DNA of 64,000 bases from Candidatus Roseilinea sp. (GCA_025055235.1 JANWYN010000068.1:43630-107629), one strand, 5' to 3'. Counted from the first letter of the stretch, positions 9,739 to 19,497 are shown. Notes: a model not told the origin generated them from the sequence alone. Numbers and translations are program-made.

Positions 9739-10488
9739 AGCGGATAGGGTGGGCATCTCGCTGCCGCCGGCCGGTTCGATGGTCACGCCGGCCTGGTCGA
9801 ACGCGCCGATGCGATCGGCTGCGCGCACGATCAGCTTGCCTGCGCCGTTGGCATCCACGCTGAATGTGCCCGCCGCAACTGGTTGCCCGCTGCGCAACAG
9901 CCAGAATTGATAGGTCTGGTTCGGCGCAAGCGGCGTCAGCCCGCTGACGGTTAGCAGACCGGTCGCTTCGTCCGGCGCGGCGAGGAAGGTGATCCGCGCG
10001 GCCGTCGGCGCGTTGTCGGCGATGGGCAGCGAGACGACGCGCAAGCCAGGAGACTGTAGGAGCGCCAGCTCCTGTTGCGCCTGAGTTAGCTGGCGCTGCA
10101 GCGATGCTGCCCACACGCCGAGGCCGATGGCGATCAAGATCGAGGCCGCTGCCAGCGCTGCTGTGATCGGAAAGAGCATCCGCGTCAAGCGTTCCCACAC
10201 GCTAACCTCCCGGGCTGGCGCACCTCGCGCGGCCAGATCGGCGTCTACTTTGGCCATCAGCCGGCGCTTGATATATGGCGGCGGCTCGACCTCACCAGCG
10301 CTTGCATTGAGCTGATCCACCGCCGTGCGCATCTCGTCGAGCAAGGCGCGCGCGCGGGCGTCGGTTGCCAGCCGGTGCTCCACCCTGGCGCGGTCATCGG
10401 CATCCAGCGCGTTCAGCGCATACAGGGCGATCAGATCTTCGACCGGATCGGCGTTCGGTCTGGTCACATTCTCGCTTGTATCACTCAT
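9712..10488 (-). CDS. Anti-sigma-K factor RskA-type (N-terminal anti-sigma domain, single TM, C-terminal RskA domain).
   Basis: N-terminal LIALYALNALDADDRARVEHRL, TM LFPITAALAAASILIAIGLGVWAA, C-terminal RskA-like ITFLAAPDEATG…TIEPAGG. Immediately downstream of an ECF sigma gene. Confidence 0.75.
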   Translation of the reverse strand: MSDTSENVTRPNADPVEDLIALYALNALDADDRARVEHRLATDARARALLDEMRTAVDQLNASAGEVEPPPYIKRRLMAKVDADLAARGAPAREVSVWERLTRMLFPITAALAAASILIAIGLGVWAASLQRQLTQAQQELALLQSPGLRVVSLPIADNAPTAARITFLAAPDEATGLLTVSGLTPLAPNQTYQFWLLRSGQPVAAGTFSVDANGAGKLIVRAADRIGAFDQAGVTIEPAGGSEMPTLSALVAIGSIQ

Positions 10489-10501
10489 ACTGCCTCACGC
10501 C

Positions 10502-11101
10502 TCACACATTCAAGCCGGCCAGCAGCGCCTTGAGTTTGATCAACCCTAATCGGGCGCGCGTGTGGATGGTGCCCAGCGGCTCGTTCAGTTTTTGTGCGAT
10601 CTCCTGGCGCGTGTAGCCTCCAAAGTATGCCATCTCGATGACGGAACGCTGCGCCTCCGGCAATCCGGCCAGCGCTGCCTGAACCTGCTCGCTCTGCACT
10701 CTGGTCCAAACCTGATCCTGCGTGTCGGCGCTGGGATCAGGGAGCAATTGCGCTTCACGTTCCGGAGCATCTAGTTCAACGGCTGCGCCGCGGCCACGCC
10801 GCCGGCGCAATTCGTCCACTGCACAGTGGTGCACGATCGCCAGCACCCACGCGGATAGGCTGGCGCGGTTAGGGTCGTACGACTTGGCTGCCCGCCACAC
10901 TCGCCAGAACGCTTCCTGGACCACGTCCTCGGCTGCGGCACGGTCGCCCACCAGCCGTATCGCCAGGCCGAAGGCTTTCGCGGCGTAGCGATCGTAGAGC
11001 CGCTCGAAGGCGTCGCGATCGCTGTGTGCGATGCGCGCTGCAAGTTCGGCGTCGCTGATCTCGCCGGACGAGCTCCTGTGCTTGGTTGATTCATCAAGCA
11101 T
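10502..11101 (-). CDS. ECF (sigma-70 family group 4) RNA polymerase sigma factor, SigK-like.
   Basis: Region 2 EDVVQEAFWRVWRAAKSYDPNRASLSAWVLAIVHHCAVDELRRRR. Region 4 EAQRSVIEMAYFGGYTRQEIAQKLNEPLGTIHTRARLGLIKLK. Start trimmed to MLDEST (ATG at 11101). Confidence 0.85.
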   Translation of the reverse strand: MLDESTKHRSSSGEISDAELAARIAHSDRDAFERLYDRYAAKAFGLAIRLVGDRAAAEDVVQEAFWRVWRAAKSYDPNRASLSAWVLAIVHHCAVDELRRRRGRGAAVELDAPEREAQLLPDPSADTQDQVWTRVQSEQVQAALAGLPEAQRSVIEMAYFGGYTRQEIAQKLNEPLGTIHTRARLGLIKLKALLAGLNV

Positions 11102-11311
11102 ATTGATTATTGCGCGTTGCCGGCAAGCTGCTGCGTTCGCTGCCAAATTTGCCGACACCAGTAGATACGTCGTTCAGCCGGCATCGCATTTCCAAAGGAA
11201 CTTCCATTCCGGCGTGCCCAGTGCTCGTGCACTGTGCGGCGTCTGTGCTTGTCATATACGATGTCCGTCCTATTCGATCTTCACCCGAATATGCGTGTTG
11301 AAAGAGCAGGA

Positions 11312-12520
11312 TCAGCCCTGCCTGACCAACGCTCGAATCACACGGCCAATTGTTGGTTTGCGGCGGACGGGTGTCCCGCCTAACACTACGCTTGTCAATC
11401 GCCGGCGTAGGTCGTCGCGCCGGTTCGCCATAGCCACCAGCATATTGAGCGCGACTGGACGTGCGCACCATGCGCGCACCCATATGCAGAACTCGAACAA
11501 CGCCTGGAAGCGCTCGCGCAGCGCTCGGTCATAGGCGGTGTGTCGTTGCAATGTGAAGTCGCCGCGCTCGAGCATGAGGTAGGTGTGGTCGGCGGCGATA
11601 CGCCCCGATTCCAGCGCATAGTCAATACCTTCGCCGGTAAGTGGGTTGACCAGTCCGGCCGCTTCGCCTACCAGCAGGATGCGCTCGCCGAAGGTCGGCG
11701 ACGTCAGGAAGTCCTCGCGCAGCGGATAGCCCCGCACAGGGCCGGCCTGCTTTGCGCCCGCCAGCAACCGCTGCATCGCCGGTGACCGGCGAAACAACTC
11801 GAAGAAGCCCAACGCGGATGCTCTGCGATCGTGTTTGAAGTATCCGACGCCGATGTTGGCGGCATCCGAAGCGATGGGAAACACCCAGCCGTAACCCGGC
11901 AGCGGCGCACCGTCGAAGCGCAGCGTCCAGGCGTCCGTCAGCCCGCGAATGTGCTCGAAGTAGGCGCGTGCAGCGACGATGACCTTGGGCTGAGCGCGCA
12001 AGATGCCGGCGCGCACGAGTAGCCCGGTGTTCGCGCCGGTAGCGATCACTGCTAAGCGCGACCGAAAAGAAACGCGGCGTCCATCCCGTTCGCCGGCAAT
12101 CTCAACATATGCTGCGCTGTCCAGCCCTTCGACGCGAACGGCATCCACGTGCACGCGCGGCTCGAAACGCGCGCCGCTCTGCACGGCACGTTGACGGATG
12201 CGATTGTCCAGGATCAGGCGCGGGACGACCAGAGCGTAGTCGGGCATGCCGTTGTGCAGAACCACGTCGTCGCCGGTGGCATGGCCGTTCGGCGCGAACA
12301 CCTCGAAGCGCCGGATGATGTAGCCGGCACGCCGCAGGTCCTCGACCAGCCCCATGTCTTGCAGCACGCTCACCGCCCGCGGCGTCAACCCGTCGCCGCA
12401 GGTTTTGTCGCGTGGGAAGTCGGCTTTATCCACCAGCAACACGTCCACGCCGCGCTGTGCCAGGTAATGTGCCGTCGCCGAACCGCCCGGCCCGGCGCCG
12501 ATGATCGCTACGTCATGCAT
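11312..12520 (-). CDS. Geranylgeranyl reductase family FAD-dependent oxidoreductase.
   Basis: MHDVAIIGAGPGGSATAHYLAQRGVDVLLVDK Rossmann motif plus CGDGL and downstream GDAAG blocks typical of ChlP/BchP/menaquinone-reductase-like enzymes. Start trimmed to ATG at 12520. Confidence 0.8.
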   Translation of the reverse strand: MHDVAIIGAGPGGSATAHYLAQRGVDVLLVDKADFPRDKTCGDGLTPRAVSVLQDMGLVEDLRRAGYIIRRFEVFAPNGHATGDDVVLHNGMPDYALVVPRLILDNRIRQRAVQSGARFEPRVHVDAVRVEGLDSAAYVEIAGERDGRRVSFRSRLAVIATGANTGLLVRAGILRAQPKVIVAARAYFEHIRGLTDAWTLRFDGAPLPGYGWVFPIASDAANIGVGYFKHDRRASALGFFELFRRSPAMQRLLAGAKQAGPVRGYPLREDFLTSPTFGERILLVGEAAGLVNPLTGEGIDYALESGRIAADHTYLMLERGDFTLQRHTAYDRALRERFQALFEFCIWVRAWCARPVALNMLVAMANRRDDLRRRLTSVVLGGTPVRRKPTIGRVIRALVRQG

Positions 12521-12549
12521 GCTGCTGATTGAACCACGAAGTTGTTGGA

Positions 12550-12597
12550 ACGTCTTGCGTCCTTCGTCTTGCATCTTGTGTCTGCGTCTTACGTCTT
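12550..12597. repeat. Heptamer tandem repeat RCGTCTT (about 7 units) in a divergent intergenic region.
   Basis: Reads acgtctt gcgtcct tcgtctt gcatctt gtgtct gcgtctt acgtctt. It shares the string GCGTCTTACGTC with the array at 21286-21348. Confidence 0.8.
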
Positions 12598-12644
12598 GCG
12601 CATGACGCACTTTTGGCATTATCATCTGAGCTGCGGTGAGATAG

Positions 12645-13417
12645 ATGGCTTTCACGGTCAGCGACTTCAACGATCTGGTGCAGTTGTTGAACGCCCACCC
12701 AGAGTGGCGCGGCGAGCTGCGCCGCCTCGTGCTTAGTATGACATTCTTGAACTACCTAGGGTCGTTCATGAACTTGCCGAGGCGCAGAAGCGCACCGAGG
12801 TGCGGGTGGAAGAGCTTGCCGAGGCGCAGAAGCGCACCGAGGCGCGGGTGGACGAGCTGGCGCGCCGGATGGATGAGTTGGCGAAGCAAATGAGCGAGCT
12901 GGCCGCCGCGCAAGCAGAGATGCTTCGCGAGCAGCGGCTGATGCGCCAACAATTGGGCAGCCTCTCTAAGGACATGGCCGGCGTGAAAGGCATCGTCCTG
13001 GAACTTCGGTATCGCACCCGTGCGCACGCCTACTTCGGCACGCGCTACCGCAACCTGCGCGTAATCGAGCCATCTAACTTGGACAAGGTCGAGCAAGCGT
13101 ATGAGGCCGGCCAGTTCACCGAATGCGAATGGCGCAATCTGAATAAGATTGATGTGTTGATGCGTGGCACGACCGGCGTCGGCCCCAGCAAACGAGAAGA
13201 ACTGCTGGCGCTCGAAGTGTTGTGGATCATTGATGCCAGTGACATCGAACGCGCCAACGAGCGCGCTGATATTCTTCGCCGGCTTGGATACCCCGTGCAA
13301 GCCGCTGTGGGAGGGCACGATATTCTCGAAAGCGCCAAGAACCGTGCAAAGGAGCTGAACGTCCTTGTCGCGCTCGATGGAACCTTGGACAAGGACGAGG
13401 GTGAGGCATCGAACTGA
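12645..13417 (+). CDS. Hypothetical coiled-coil protein. There is an apparent +1/-1 frameshift between an N-terminal segment (12645-~12770, MAFTVSDFNDLVQLLNAHPEWRGELRRLVLS…) and the main frame (12800-13417).
   Basis: Two ORFs in different frames abut at a 42-bp x2 tandem repeat (LAEAQKRTEVRVEE / LAEAQKRTEARVDE). The downstream frame has no ATG, only a GTG inside the repeat. The C-terminal part (…LEVLWIIDASDIERANERADILRRLGYP…) is globular. Confidence 0.4.
12773..12856 (+). repeat. 42-bp direct tandem repeat (2 near-identical units) encoding a coiled-coil heptad segment.
   Basis: cttgccgaggcgcagaagcgcaccgagg(t/c)gcgggtgga(a/c)gag occurs twice in tandem. Confidence 0.85.
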
Positions 13418-14301
13418 TGATCATCCTCGACGGCGCGATGGGCACGGAGCTGACCCGGCGCGGCGTGGATACGACGCTGCCACTGTGGTCGGCCATCGCG
13501 CTCGACGCCGCGCCGGACGTCGTCGTGCAAATTCACCGCGATTACCTCGACGCCGGTGCACAGGTCATCACCACGAACACCTTCCGCACTAACGTGCGCG
13601 CACTGGCTAAAGCCGGTATCGCCCATCGCGCACGCGAGCTGACCTTTCGGGCGGTCGAGCTGGCGCGACAAGCTGTGGCTCAATGGCGACAGGGACAAGG
13701 GGACAGGGAGACAAGGGGACGAGGAGACCTGCCCCCTGTCCGAGTCGCCGGTAGCGTCGCCCCGGTTGAGGATTGCTACTCGCCGGAGCTTGTCCCCAGC
13801 GATGCCGAGTTAGCCGAGGAGCACGCCATCCTCGCGCGCAACCTGGCCGATGCCGGCGTAGATCTGATGCTGGTCGAGACGCAGAATACGATTCGTGAGG
13901 CCGTCGCCGCGGCGCGTGCTGCCCACGCCACCGGCAAACCGTTGTGGGTGAGCTTCACGCTGGACGATGAGAATCGGCTGCTGAGCGGCGAGTCGCTGCA
14001 CGACGCCGTTCGCGCCGTGCTGCCGTTCGAGCCACAGGCCGTCCTGGTCAACTGCATCCCGGTCAAACAAGTTGCCTCGGCACTGAAGCTGCTGCGCAGC
14101 GCGGCGCCGCCTCACGTCGCCATCGGCGCATATGGCAACGCCGGCCATGTGGACGAGGTGGTCGGCTGGACGTTGACGAACGCAGTTTTGCCGGAAGCGT
14201 ATGCCGAAGCAACGCGCGAATGGCGCGCCCTGGGCGCGACGATCATCGGCGGCTGTTGCGGCACCACGCCGGAGCACATTCGTGCCATCGCTGCCTGCTG
14301 A
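13417..14301 (+). CDS. mmuM: Homocysteine S-methyltransferase (MmuM/YbgG family).
   Basis: MIILDGAMGTEL…ITTNTF…LVNCIPV…IIGGCCGTTPEHIRAI are classic S-methyl_trans (PF02574) blocks. It contains an in-frame low-complexity insert (QGQGDRETRGRGDLPP) encoded by GGGGACA heptamer repeats. Confidence 0.8.
   Translation: MIILDGAMGTELTRRGVDTTLPLWSAIALDAAPDVVVQIHRDYLDAGAQVITTNTFRTNVRALAKAGIAHRARELTFRAVELARQAVAQWRQGQGDRETRGRGDLPPVRVAGSVAPVEDCYSPELVPSDAELAEEHAILARNLADAGVDLMLVETQNTIREAVAAARAAHATGKPLWVSFTLDDENRLLSGESLHDAVRAVLPFEPQAVLVNCIPVKQVASALKLLRSAAPPHVAIGAYGNAGHVDEVVGWTLTNAVLPEAYAEATREWRALGATIIGGCCGTTPEHIRAIAAC
13686..13745. repeat. Heptamer tandem repeat GGGGACA (about 5 units) followed by an inverted copy (ccccctgtcc), inside mmuM.
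   Basis: Reads gcgacag ggacaag gggacag ggagaca aggggac gaggaga cctgccccctgtcc. The same GGGGACAG/CTGTCCCC unit recurs at 57095-57182. Confidence 0.75.
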
Positions 14302-14339
14302 AGAAACCGGGCTTCTCGAAGCAGCCTGGTTTGCATCCC

Positions 14340-15926
14340 CTACGCAACAGGGGTCGCGGGATAGCCGGCGCGCCTACGCGCCTCGTCCTGGATGACCTTC
14401 ATCGCTGCGAGCGCGACGTGTTCCTGCCACGGCCGCGCGGCCATCTGAACGCCCACCGGCAAGCCGGCGCTGCCAATGTCCACCCGGCGCGCGGCCATGT
14501 CCACGATGTCCGGCGAAAGCGGCCTCGCGATCGCTTCTTCGCGCCGCACACGCGTCACCGGAACGACGCCCGCAGGGTAGCCCAGCAGGTTGTAGACGAT
14601 GCAGTATGCGCCGCCGGTGATCAGCTCCCGGCTAGCGCCATGCGGCCAAGCAGGCGAGAAGCAGGCCGGGCTCAGCACAAGGTCCAACGGCCCGCCGTCG
14701 GCGCGATCCATCGCTGCCGCGAAGGTGCGACGATATGCCTCAGCTTCGCTTGCAAGGCGCGGTATGTCCTCGGCTGTGAAGCCAATGTTGTCGAGCTGCC
14801 GGGTGAAGTTTGCCTGGCGCATCGCGGCGAGAATCCGCCGGATGCGCCGCACCATTTGTGGCGAGCGCTGCGCTAGCCAATACAACAACGCGAGCTGCGG
14901 CTCGGGCTTATCGTGTGCCAGGGCGGCACGAAAGACCGGCGCGCCGTTGGCGGTGAGCAGGCGTACATAGAGGGCTTCGGCCTGGCGCAGGTCGGGCGGT
15001 TCCCATTCGGTAACACACGCGCCGGCAGCGCGCAGCATATCCGCTGCTTCGCGCACGGCGCGGGCGACGGCGGGCGAGGGGCGCATCAGCCCATCATGCG
15101 TAAAGACCCCAACGCGCAGCTTCGAGACATCCACCGCTGCGGGGTCGCCCAGTGGTTGTGGCGATGGCAGGCGTGGGTGAGACAAAGCGCCGATCAGCCG
15201 CAGTGCCAAAGCGAGGTCGGCCACGTCGCGCGCCATCGGCCCGACGACGCATGTGATCGGCCCGAACTCGAACGCCAGGTCAGAGAATCGGCTGTAGTCG
15301 TGCGTGCGCAGCGACGTGGGTTTGAGGCTGGTGATGCCACAGAAGTGAGCCGGCAGGCGCAGGCTGCCGCCGATGTCCGTGCCCAGGCCGAGGGGCGAAC
15401 CGCTGGCGGCGATGATCGCGGCCTCGCCACCGCTGCTACCGCCCGGCGTGCGCGTCGCGTCCCAGGGGTTGTTCGTCCGCCCGTAGAGCGCGTTGCTGCT
15501 CTCGTTGTAGATCAGCGCCTGCGGCACATTGGTCTTGCCGAGCACGATCGCGCCGCACTCGATCAGGCGTTGGACGTAGCGGTCGTTGGCTTGCGGAATG
15601 TCGCTGCGCCGCGAGGGCATGCCGAATGTGCTCGGCGTACCCACAAGGTCGAGGCACTCCTTGATGGTGATCGGTACGCCGTGTAGGGGTGGTAAAGGCT
15701 CGCCGCGTGCGCGCCGGGCGTCGGCTTCGTTCGCCTCGCGCAGCGCCTGGTCGAACCGCCGGACGACGACGGCGTTGATCTTAGAGTTGACCTCCTCGAT
15801 GCGAGCGATGTGCGCCTGGGTGACCTCGACGGAAGAGACCTCGCCGCGCGCGATCAATTTCGCCAGTTGGACGGCAGAGAGACGAATGAGCGTGCTCGCC
15901 GGTGCGTGCGCCATGCCGGCAATCAT
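14340..15926 (-). CDS. Amidase (amidase-signature family).
   Basis: GGSSGGEAAIIAASGSPLGLGTDIGGSLRLPA AS-signature. Start placed at ATG 15926, which is preceded by GGAGG (MIAGMAHAP…). Confidence 0.8.
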   Translation of the reverse strand: MIAGMAHAPASTLIRLSAVQLAKLIARGEVSSVEVTQAHIARIEEVNSKINAVVVRRFDQALREANEADARRARGEPLPPLHGVPITIKECLDLVGTPSTFGMPSRRSDIPQANDRYVQRLIECGAIVLGKTNVPQALIYNESSNALYGRTNNPWDATRTPGGSSGGEAAIIAASGSPLGLGTDIGGSLRLPAHFCGITSLKPTSLRTHDYSRFSDLAFEFGPITCVVGPMARDVADLALALRLIGALSHPRLPSPQPLGDPAAVDVSKLRVGVFTHDGLMRPSPAVARAVREAADMLRAAGACVTEWEPPDLRQAEALYVRLLTANGAPVFRAALAHDKPEPQLALLYWLAQRSPQMVRRIRRILAAMRQANFTRQLDNIGFTAEDIPRLASEAEAYRRTFAAAMDRADGGPLDLVLSPACFSPAWPHGASRELITGGAYCIVYNLLGYPAGVVPVTRVRREEAIARPLSPDIVDMAARRVDIGSAGLPVGVQMAARPWQEHVALAAMKVIQDEARRRAGYPATPVA

Positions 15927-16000
15927 GAATGCACCTCCGAGCACGCGCAAGCGCGATGTGCGAGTGCGCAGCAACTCGTCGCTTCATACAAAAACGGCCT

Positions 16001-16040
16001 TGAGCCGTAGCGAGGCTCAAGGCCGCCTATGCCGAGCACG
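16001..16040 (-). terminator. Rho-independent terminator-like hairpin on the minus strand after the small ORF 16049-16237.
   Basis: On the minus strand: cggccttgagcc-tcgctac-ggctcaaggccg followed by TTTTTG. Confidence 0.4.
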
Positions 16041-16048
16041 CCGGAGGC

Positions 16049-16237
16049 TCAAATCGCAAGTAGCAGATGCGCTACGATCAGCACGGCTGCCACCAGCAAC
16101 GCGCCGACCAACCCGACGGCCAAATTGCTCAGCCCGGCTCGGCACTCCTCCGTGATCGGCAATCGCTCCTCGGCGTCGGCGCGATAGCTCGTCAGCGCGT
16201 AGCGCTGCGTATCGGAACCGGTTGTGGAATTGAGCAT
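16049..16237 (-). CDS. Hypothetical small membrane protein (62 aa) with a C-terminal TM helix.
   Basis: ORF with a hydrophobic C-terminus (LAVGLVGALLVAAVLIVAHLLLAI), followed by a terminator-like hairpin. No homology recognised. Confidence 0.3.
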   Translation of the reverse strand: MLNSTTGSDTQRYALTSYRADAEERLPITEECRAGLSNLAVGLVGALLVAAVLIVAHLLLAI

Positions 16238-16479
16238 ATCCCCTCCTGTCGCATCCGAACGATCTTCATCATCCCCCGATTCTCGCGGTTTCGACCCGAT
16301 AGTCGCACGTCAGCCCAAAATCATCACGCCTGAAGTCGAGGTTTTCCGCTCTTAAGTAAAAATAGCTCCGCTAACTTAGACCCGTTGGAACGCCGGCGAA
16401 GCCGGTGCTGAGAATCCGGCCTTGCGTATACTTCGCCGGTGCGACACATACAAATCCTGACGATAAGGAAGCATCACTC

Positions 16480-17277
16480 ATGGGACTACTCACCGGCAAG
16501 ACCGCGCTGATCTTCGGCGTCGCCAACGACCACAGCATCGCCTGGGGCATCGCGAAGGCCTTCCACCGCGAGGGCGCGACGCTCGGCTTCAGCTATGCGG
16601 GGGAGAAACTCGAACGGCGCGTGCGCCCGCTGGCTGAATCCCTCGGCTCCGATTGGATCGAGCCGTGCGACGTGAGCAAGGACGAGGAGATCGCAACGGT
16701 GATGGAGAAGGCCAAAGCGCGCTTCGGCGCGATTGACATCTTGGTGCACTCGATCGCCTTTGCCAATCGCGAGGACCTGACCGGCCCCTACCTCAACGTC
16801 ACCCGCCAAGGTTTCATGACCGCCATGGACATCAGCGTGTATTCGTTCACCGCGCTGGCCCGCGCCGCCGCGCCGTTGATGCGGCCAAACGGTGCGCTGC
16901 TCACGATGACCTATATCGGCTCGCAGCGCGCCGTGCCGCACTACAACGTGATGGGCGTGGCCAAGGCCGCGCTGGAGGCGAGCGTCCGCTATCTGGCCGC
17001 CGATCTCGGCGCCGATGAGCGGCGCATCCGCGTCAACGCCATCTCCGCCGGGCCGATTCGCACGCTGGCCGTCGCCGGCATCGCCGGTTCGCGTGCGCTC
17101 ATCAACGAGTTCAGCAAGGTCAGCCTGCTGCGCCGCAACATCACCATCGAGGACGTGGGCAACGCGGCTGCCTACCTGTGTTCCGACCTTGCTGCCGGCG
17201 TCACCGGCGAGGTGCACTACGTGGATGCTGGCTTCAACGTCGGCTTCCCGCTAGGCGGCGACGACGCCGGCGGATGA
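16480..17277 (+). CDS. fabI: Enoyl-[acyl-carrier-protein] reductase (NADH), FabI.
   Basis: [27 protein letters not shown]…, catalytic Y…K region ([24 protein letters not shown]), [20 protein letters not shown] upstream of ATG 16480. Confidence 0.85.
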   Translation: MGLLTGKTALIFGVANDHSIAWGIAKAFHREGATLGFSYAGEKLERRVRPLAESLGSDWIEPCDVSKDEEIATVMEKAKARFGAIDILVHSIAFANREDLTGPYLNVTRQGFMTAMDISVYSFTALARAAAPLMRPNGALLTMTYIGSQRAVPHYNVMGVAKAALEASVRYLAADLGADERRIRVNAISAGPIRTLAVAGIAGSRALINEFSKVSLLRRNITIEDVGNAAAYLCSDLAAGVTGEVHYVDAGFNVGFPLGGDDAGG

Positions 17278-17392
17278 AGCCTCGCCCGCTGTCCTCGCGC
17301 CCGTTTGCCTCAACGCGCGCCGTCGGTACAATTCCAGAGGTTACGCTCGCAATAATTCATACGACATCCTTCGAAACAGGAGAGCATCGGTG

Positions 17393-18337
17393 ATGAAAAC
17401 CAAACTGCACGTGCGCGCGTTGTCGGCCCTAGTGCTGGCTTCATTAGCCCTGACGGGCTGCGGCGGAGGCGGTCCCTTCCGGTTGGTCTTCCCTCGCATC
17501 TTCGTAGAAGTAGATAAGGAGGGCTTCCCCACTGTCGCCGGCATCAATCCCGGCATGTTGCGCTTCTTCGGCGTGGATCCCAATCAATTCAAGCTCGATC
17601 CGGCGACCGTGAGCAAGCTGACCGACTCCAACCTGCAACACGTCGAGTTGCTCTTCCGAAACGACGGCCTGTATTGGTGGGCGAACGGCAAGGCGCTTGT
17701 CCCGCTCACCTGGGACGACGCCTCGTTTGACAACACAAAGGACCTGGTCACCCGCTTCGTCAAGTTGGACGAAGCCACCAGCGGCGTATTGAATAACGTG
17801 CTCCTGCCGGCGGCACGCAGCATGGAGCAAAACGTCATCATTCGCTTCCCGATCAAGGACGGCCAGGCCGAGATTCCGCTGCGCGAGATGGGCGGGCCGC
17901 TGCCCGAGCCGGGCGCGGCAGTAGATCCTTCCCTCATCGGCGGCTTGCGCCTGACGTTCGACGACGCCGGCATCCCCTCCATCGCCGGCGTGTCGTTCAG
18001 CGAGATCGAGAAGCTGGCCGGCGCCGACCTCAGCTCCGCCAAGCTGCCGCCCGACACGGTTCAACAGATGAAGGACGCCGGCATCCAGCACGTCACCATT
18101 CGCACCACGCCCGAGGGCATCAAGGTCTGGTCGAACGACAAACCGTTGCCGACTCTGCGCTGGAGTGAGGAGACGCTGACCAACACTGCCGATACGCTGG
18201 CCAGCCTGGAGCTGATCGAGCCGGCGCTGGGCACCGTGATCAAGCAGTTCCTGCCCTATCTGAACCGCGCCGACGTGGATCTCGTCCTCAAGTTCCCGAC
18301 CGGCGGCGCTGCGCCGATCCCCGAGCCGGCGCGATAG
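17393..18337 (+). CDS. Lipoprotein of unknown function with an internal tandem domain duplication.
   Basis: Signal peptide plus lipobox LALTGC. Two homologous halves (…QHVELLFRNDGLYWWANGKALVPLTWDDASF… / …QHVTIRTTPEGIKVWSNDKPLPTLRWSEETL…). RBS AGGAGA upstream. Confidence 0.6.
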   Translation: MKTKLHVRALSALVLASLALTGCGGGGPFRLVFPRIFVEVDKEGFPTVAGINPGMLRFFGVDPNQFKLDPATVSKLTDSNLQHVELLFRNDGLYWWANGKALVPLTWDDASFDNTKDLVTRFVKLDEATSGVLNNVLLPAARSMEQNVIIRFPIKDGQAEIPLREMGGPLPEPGAAVDPSLIGGLRLTFDDAGIPSIAGVSFSEIEKLAGADLSSAKLPPDTVQQMKDAGIQHVTIRTTPEGIKVWSNDKPLPTLRWSEETLTNTADTLASLELIEPALGTVIKQFLPYLNRADVDLVLKFPTGGAAPIPEPAR

Positions 18338-18363
18338 CAGCTCGATGAGCTCTGAATTTGGGA

Positions 18364-18396
18364 AGCCCCCAGCGATGACTGGGGGCTTTGTGTTTA
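18364..18396 (+). terminator. Rho-independent terminator (possibly bidirectional) between the lipoprotein gene and the convergent oxidoreductase gene.
   Basis: agcccccag-cgatgac-tgggggct followed by ttgtgttta. Confidence 0.5.
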
Positions 18397-19497
18397 CGGG
18401 TCCAGTGTGCCCTCGCGCAAATCAGCCGGAAGTGGGGTGGGGCGCTCGCACGTGCTTTCGAGTAGGATGTGCCGGCCCTCCGCCGAGGCCTCGTGGATGG
18501 CGTGCATGATGTCGAGCACGTGATAGGTCAACTCGCCGCTGGCGCGGTGCGCGCGCCCGGACTGCAGGGCATAGGCCATGTCGGCCACGCCCAGGCCGCG
18601 CGATTGCTGGCTGTAGGGGTGCGTGAGTGGCACGTCCGTCCACTCCTTCTCGCCGGCCCTTGCAACGCGCACCGGCCCGCCGAACGTGTTCGGGTCGGGC
18701 ACCTGCAGCGACCCCTCGCTGCCGTAGATCTCGATGCAGGGCATCGAGTGTTTCCACACGTCGAAGCTGGTGACGAGCGTGCCGATTGCGCCGGATGCGA
18801 AGTCGAGCACGCCGGCGACGTGCGTCGGCACGCGCACGGTGATCTTTTGCCCATACTTCGGCTGGCTGGTGATCGTACGCTCGGGGAAGGTAACGCGCGC
18901 CGAACCGGTGACGCGCTGCACCGGTCCGATCAGCGTCACCAGCGCAGTCAGGTAATATGGCCCCATGTCGAACATCGGGCCGCCGCCGGGCTGGTAGTAG
19001 AACTCCGGGTCGGGATGCCAGCTCTCGTGGCCGTGACACAGCATGAACGCCGCCGCCGCGATTGGCTGGCCGATGGCGCCGTCGTCAATCAGCTTGCGGC
19101 AGGTCTGGATGCCCGCGCCCATGAACGTGTCCGGCGCGCCGCCGACGCGTAAACCTCTCGCTTCGGCGAGGGCGAGCATGCGCCGGGCCTCTTCGCGGCT
19201 GAGCGCCAGCGGCTTCTCGTTGTACACGCTCTTGCCGGCTTCTAGCGCGGCGATGCCGATCTCGCCGTGCGCCTTGGGGATGGTCAGGTTGATGATGATC
19301 TGCACATCGGGATGTGCCAAGAGCGCCTCGACGCCGAAGGCGCGCGTGCCGAACTCGCGCGCGCGGGCTTCGGCGCGCGCCATGTCGAGGTCGGCGCAGC
19401 CGACGAGGTTGAGGATTTCGAGCGACTTGCAGGCGCGGAAGTACACTGGGCTAATGTTGCCGCAGCCGATGATGCCAACGTTGACTTGGGTGGTCAT
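18394..19497 (-). CDS. Gfo/Idh/MocA-family NAD(P)-dependent oxidoreductase.
   Basis: N-terminal Rossmann [24 protein letters not shown] motif, overall family architecture. Confidence 0.85.
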   Translation of the reverse strand: MTTQVNVGIIGCGNISPVYFRACKSLEILNLVGCADLDMARAEARAREFGTRAFGVEALLAHPDVQIIINLTIPKAHGEIGIAALEAGKSVYNEKPLALSREEARRMLALAEARGLRVGGAPDTFMGAGIQTCRKLIDDGAIGQPIAAAAFMLCHGHESWHPDPEFYYQPGGGPMFDMGPYYLTALVTLIGPVQRVTGSARVTFPERTITSQPKYGQKITVRVPTHVAGVLDFASGAIGTLVTSFDVWKHSMPCIEIYGSEGSLQVPDPNTFGGPVRVARAGEKEWTDVPLTHPYSQQSRGLGVADMAYALQSGRAHRASGELTYHVLDIMHAIHEASAEGRHILLESTCERPTPLPADLREGTLDP

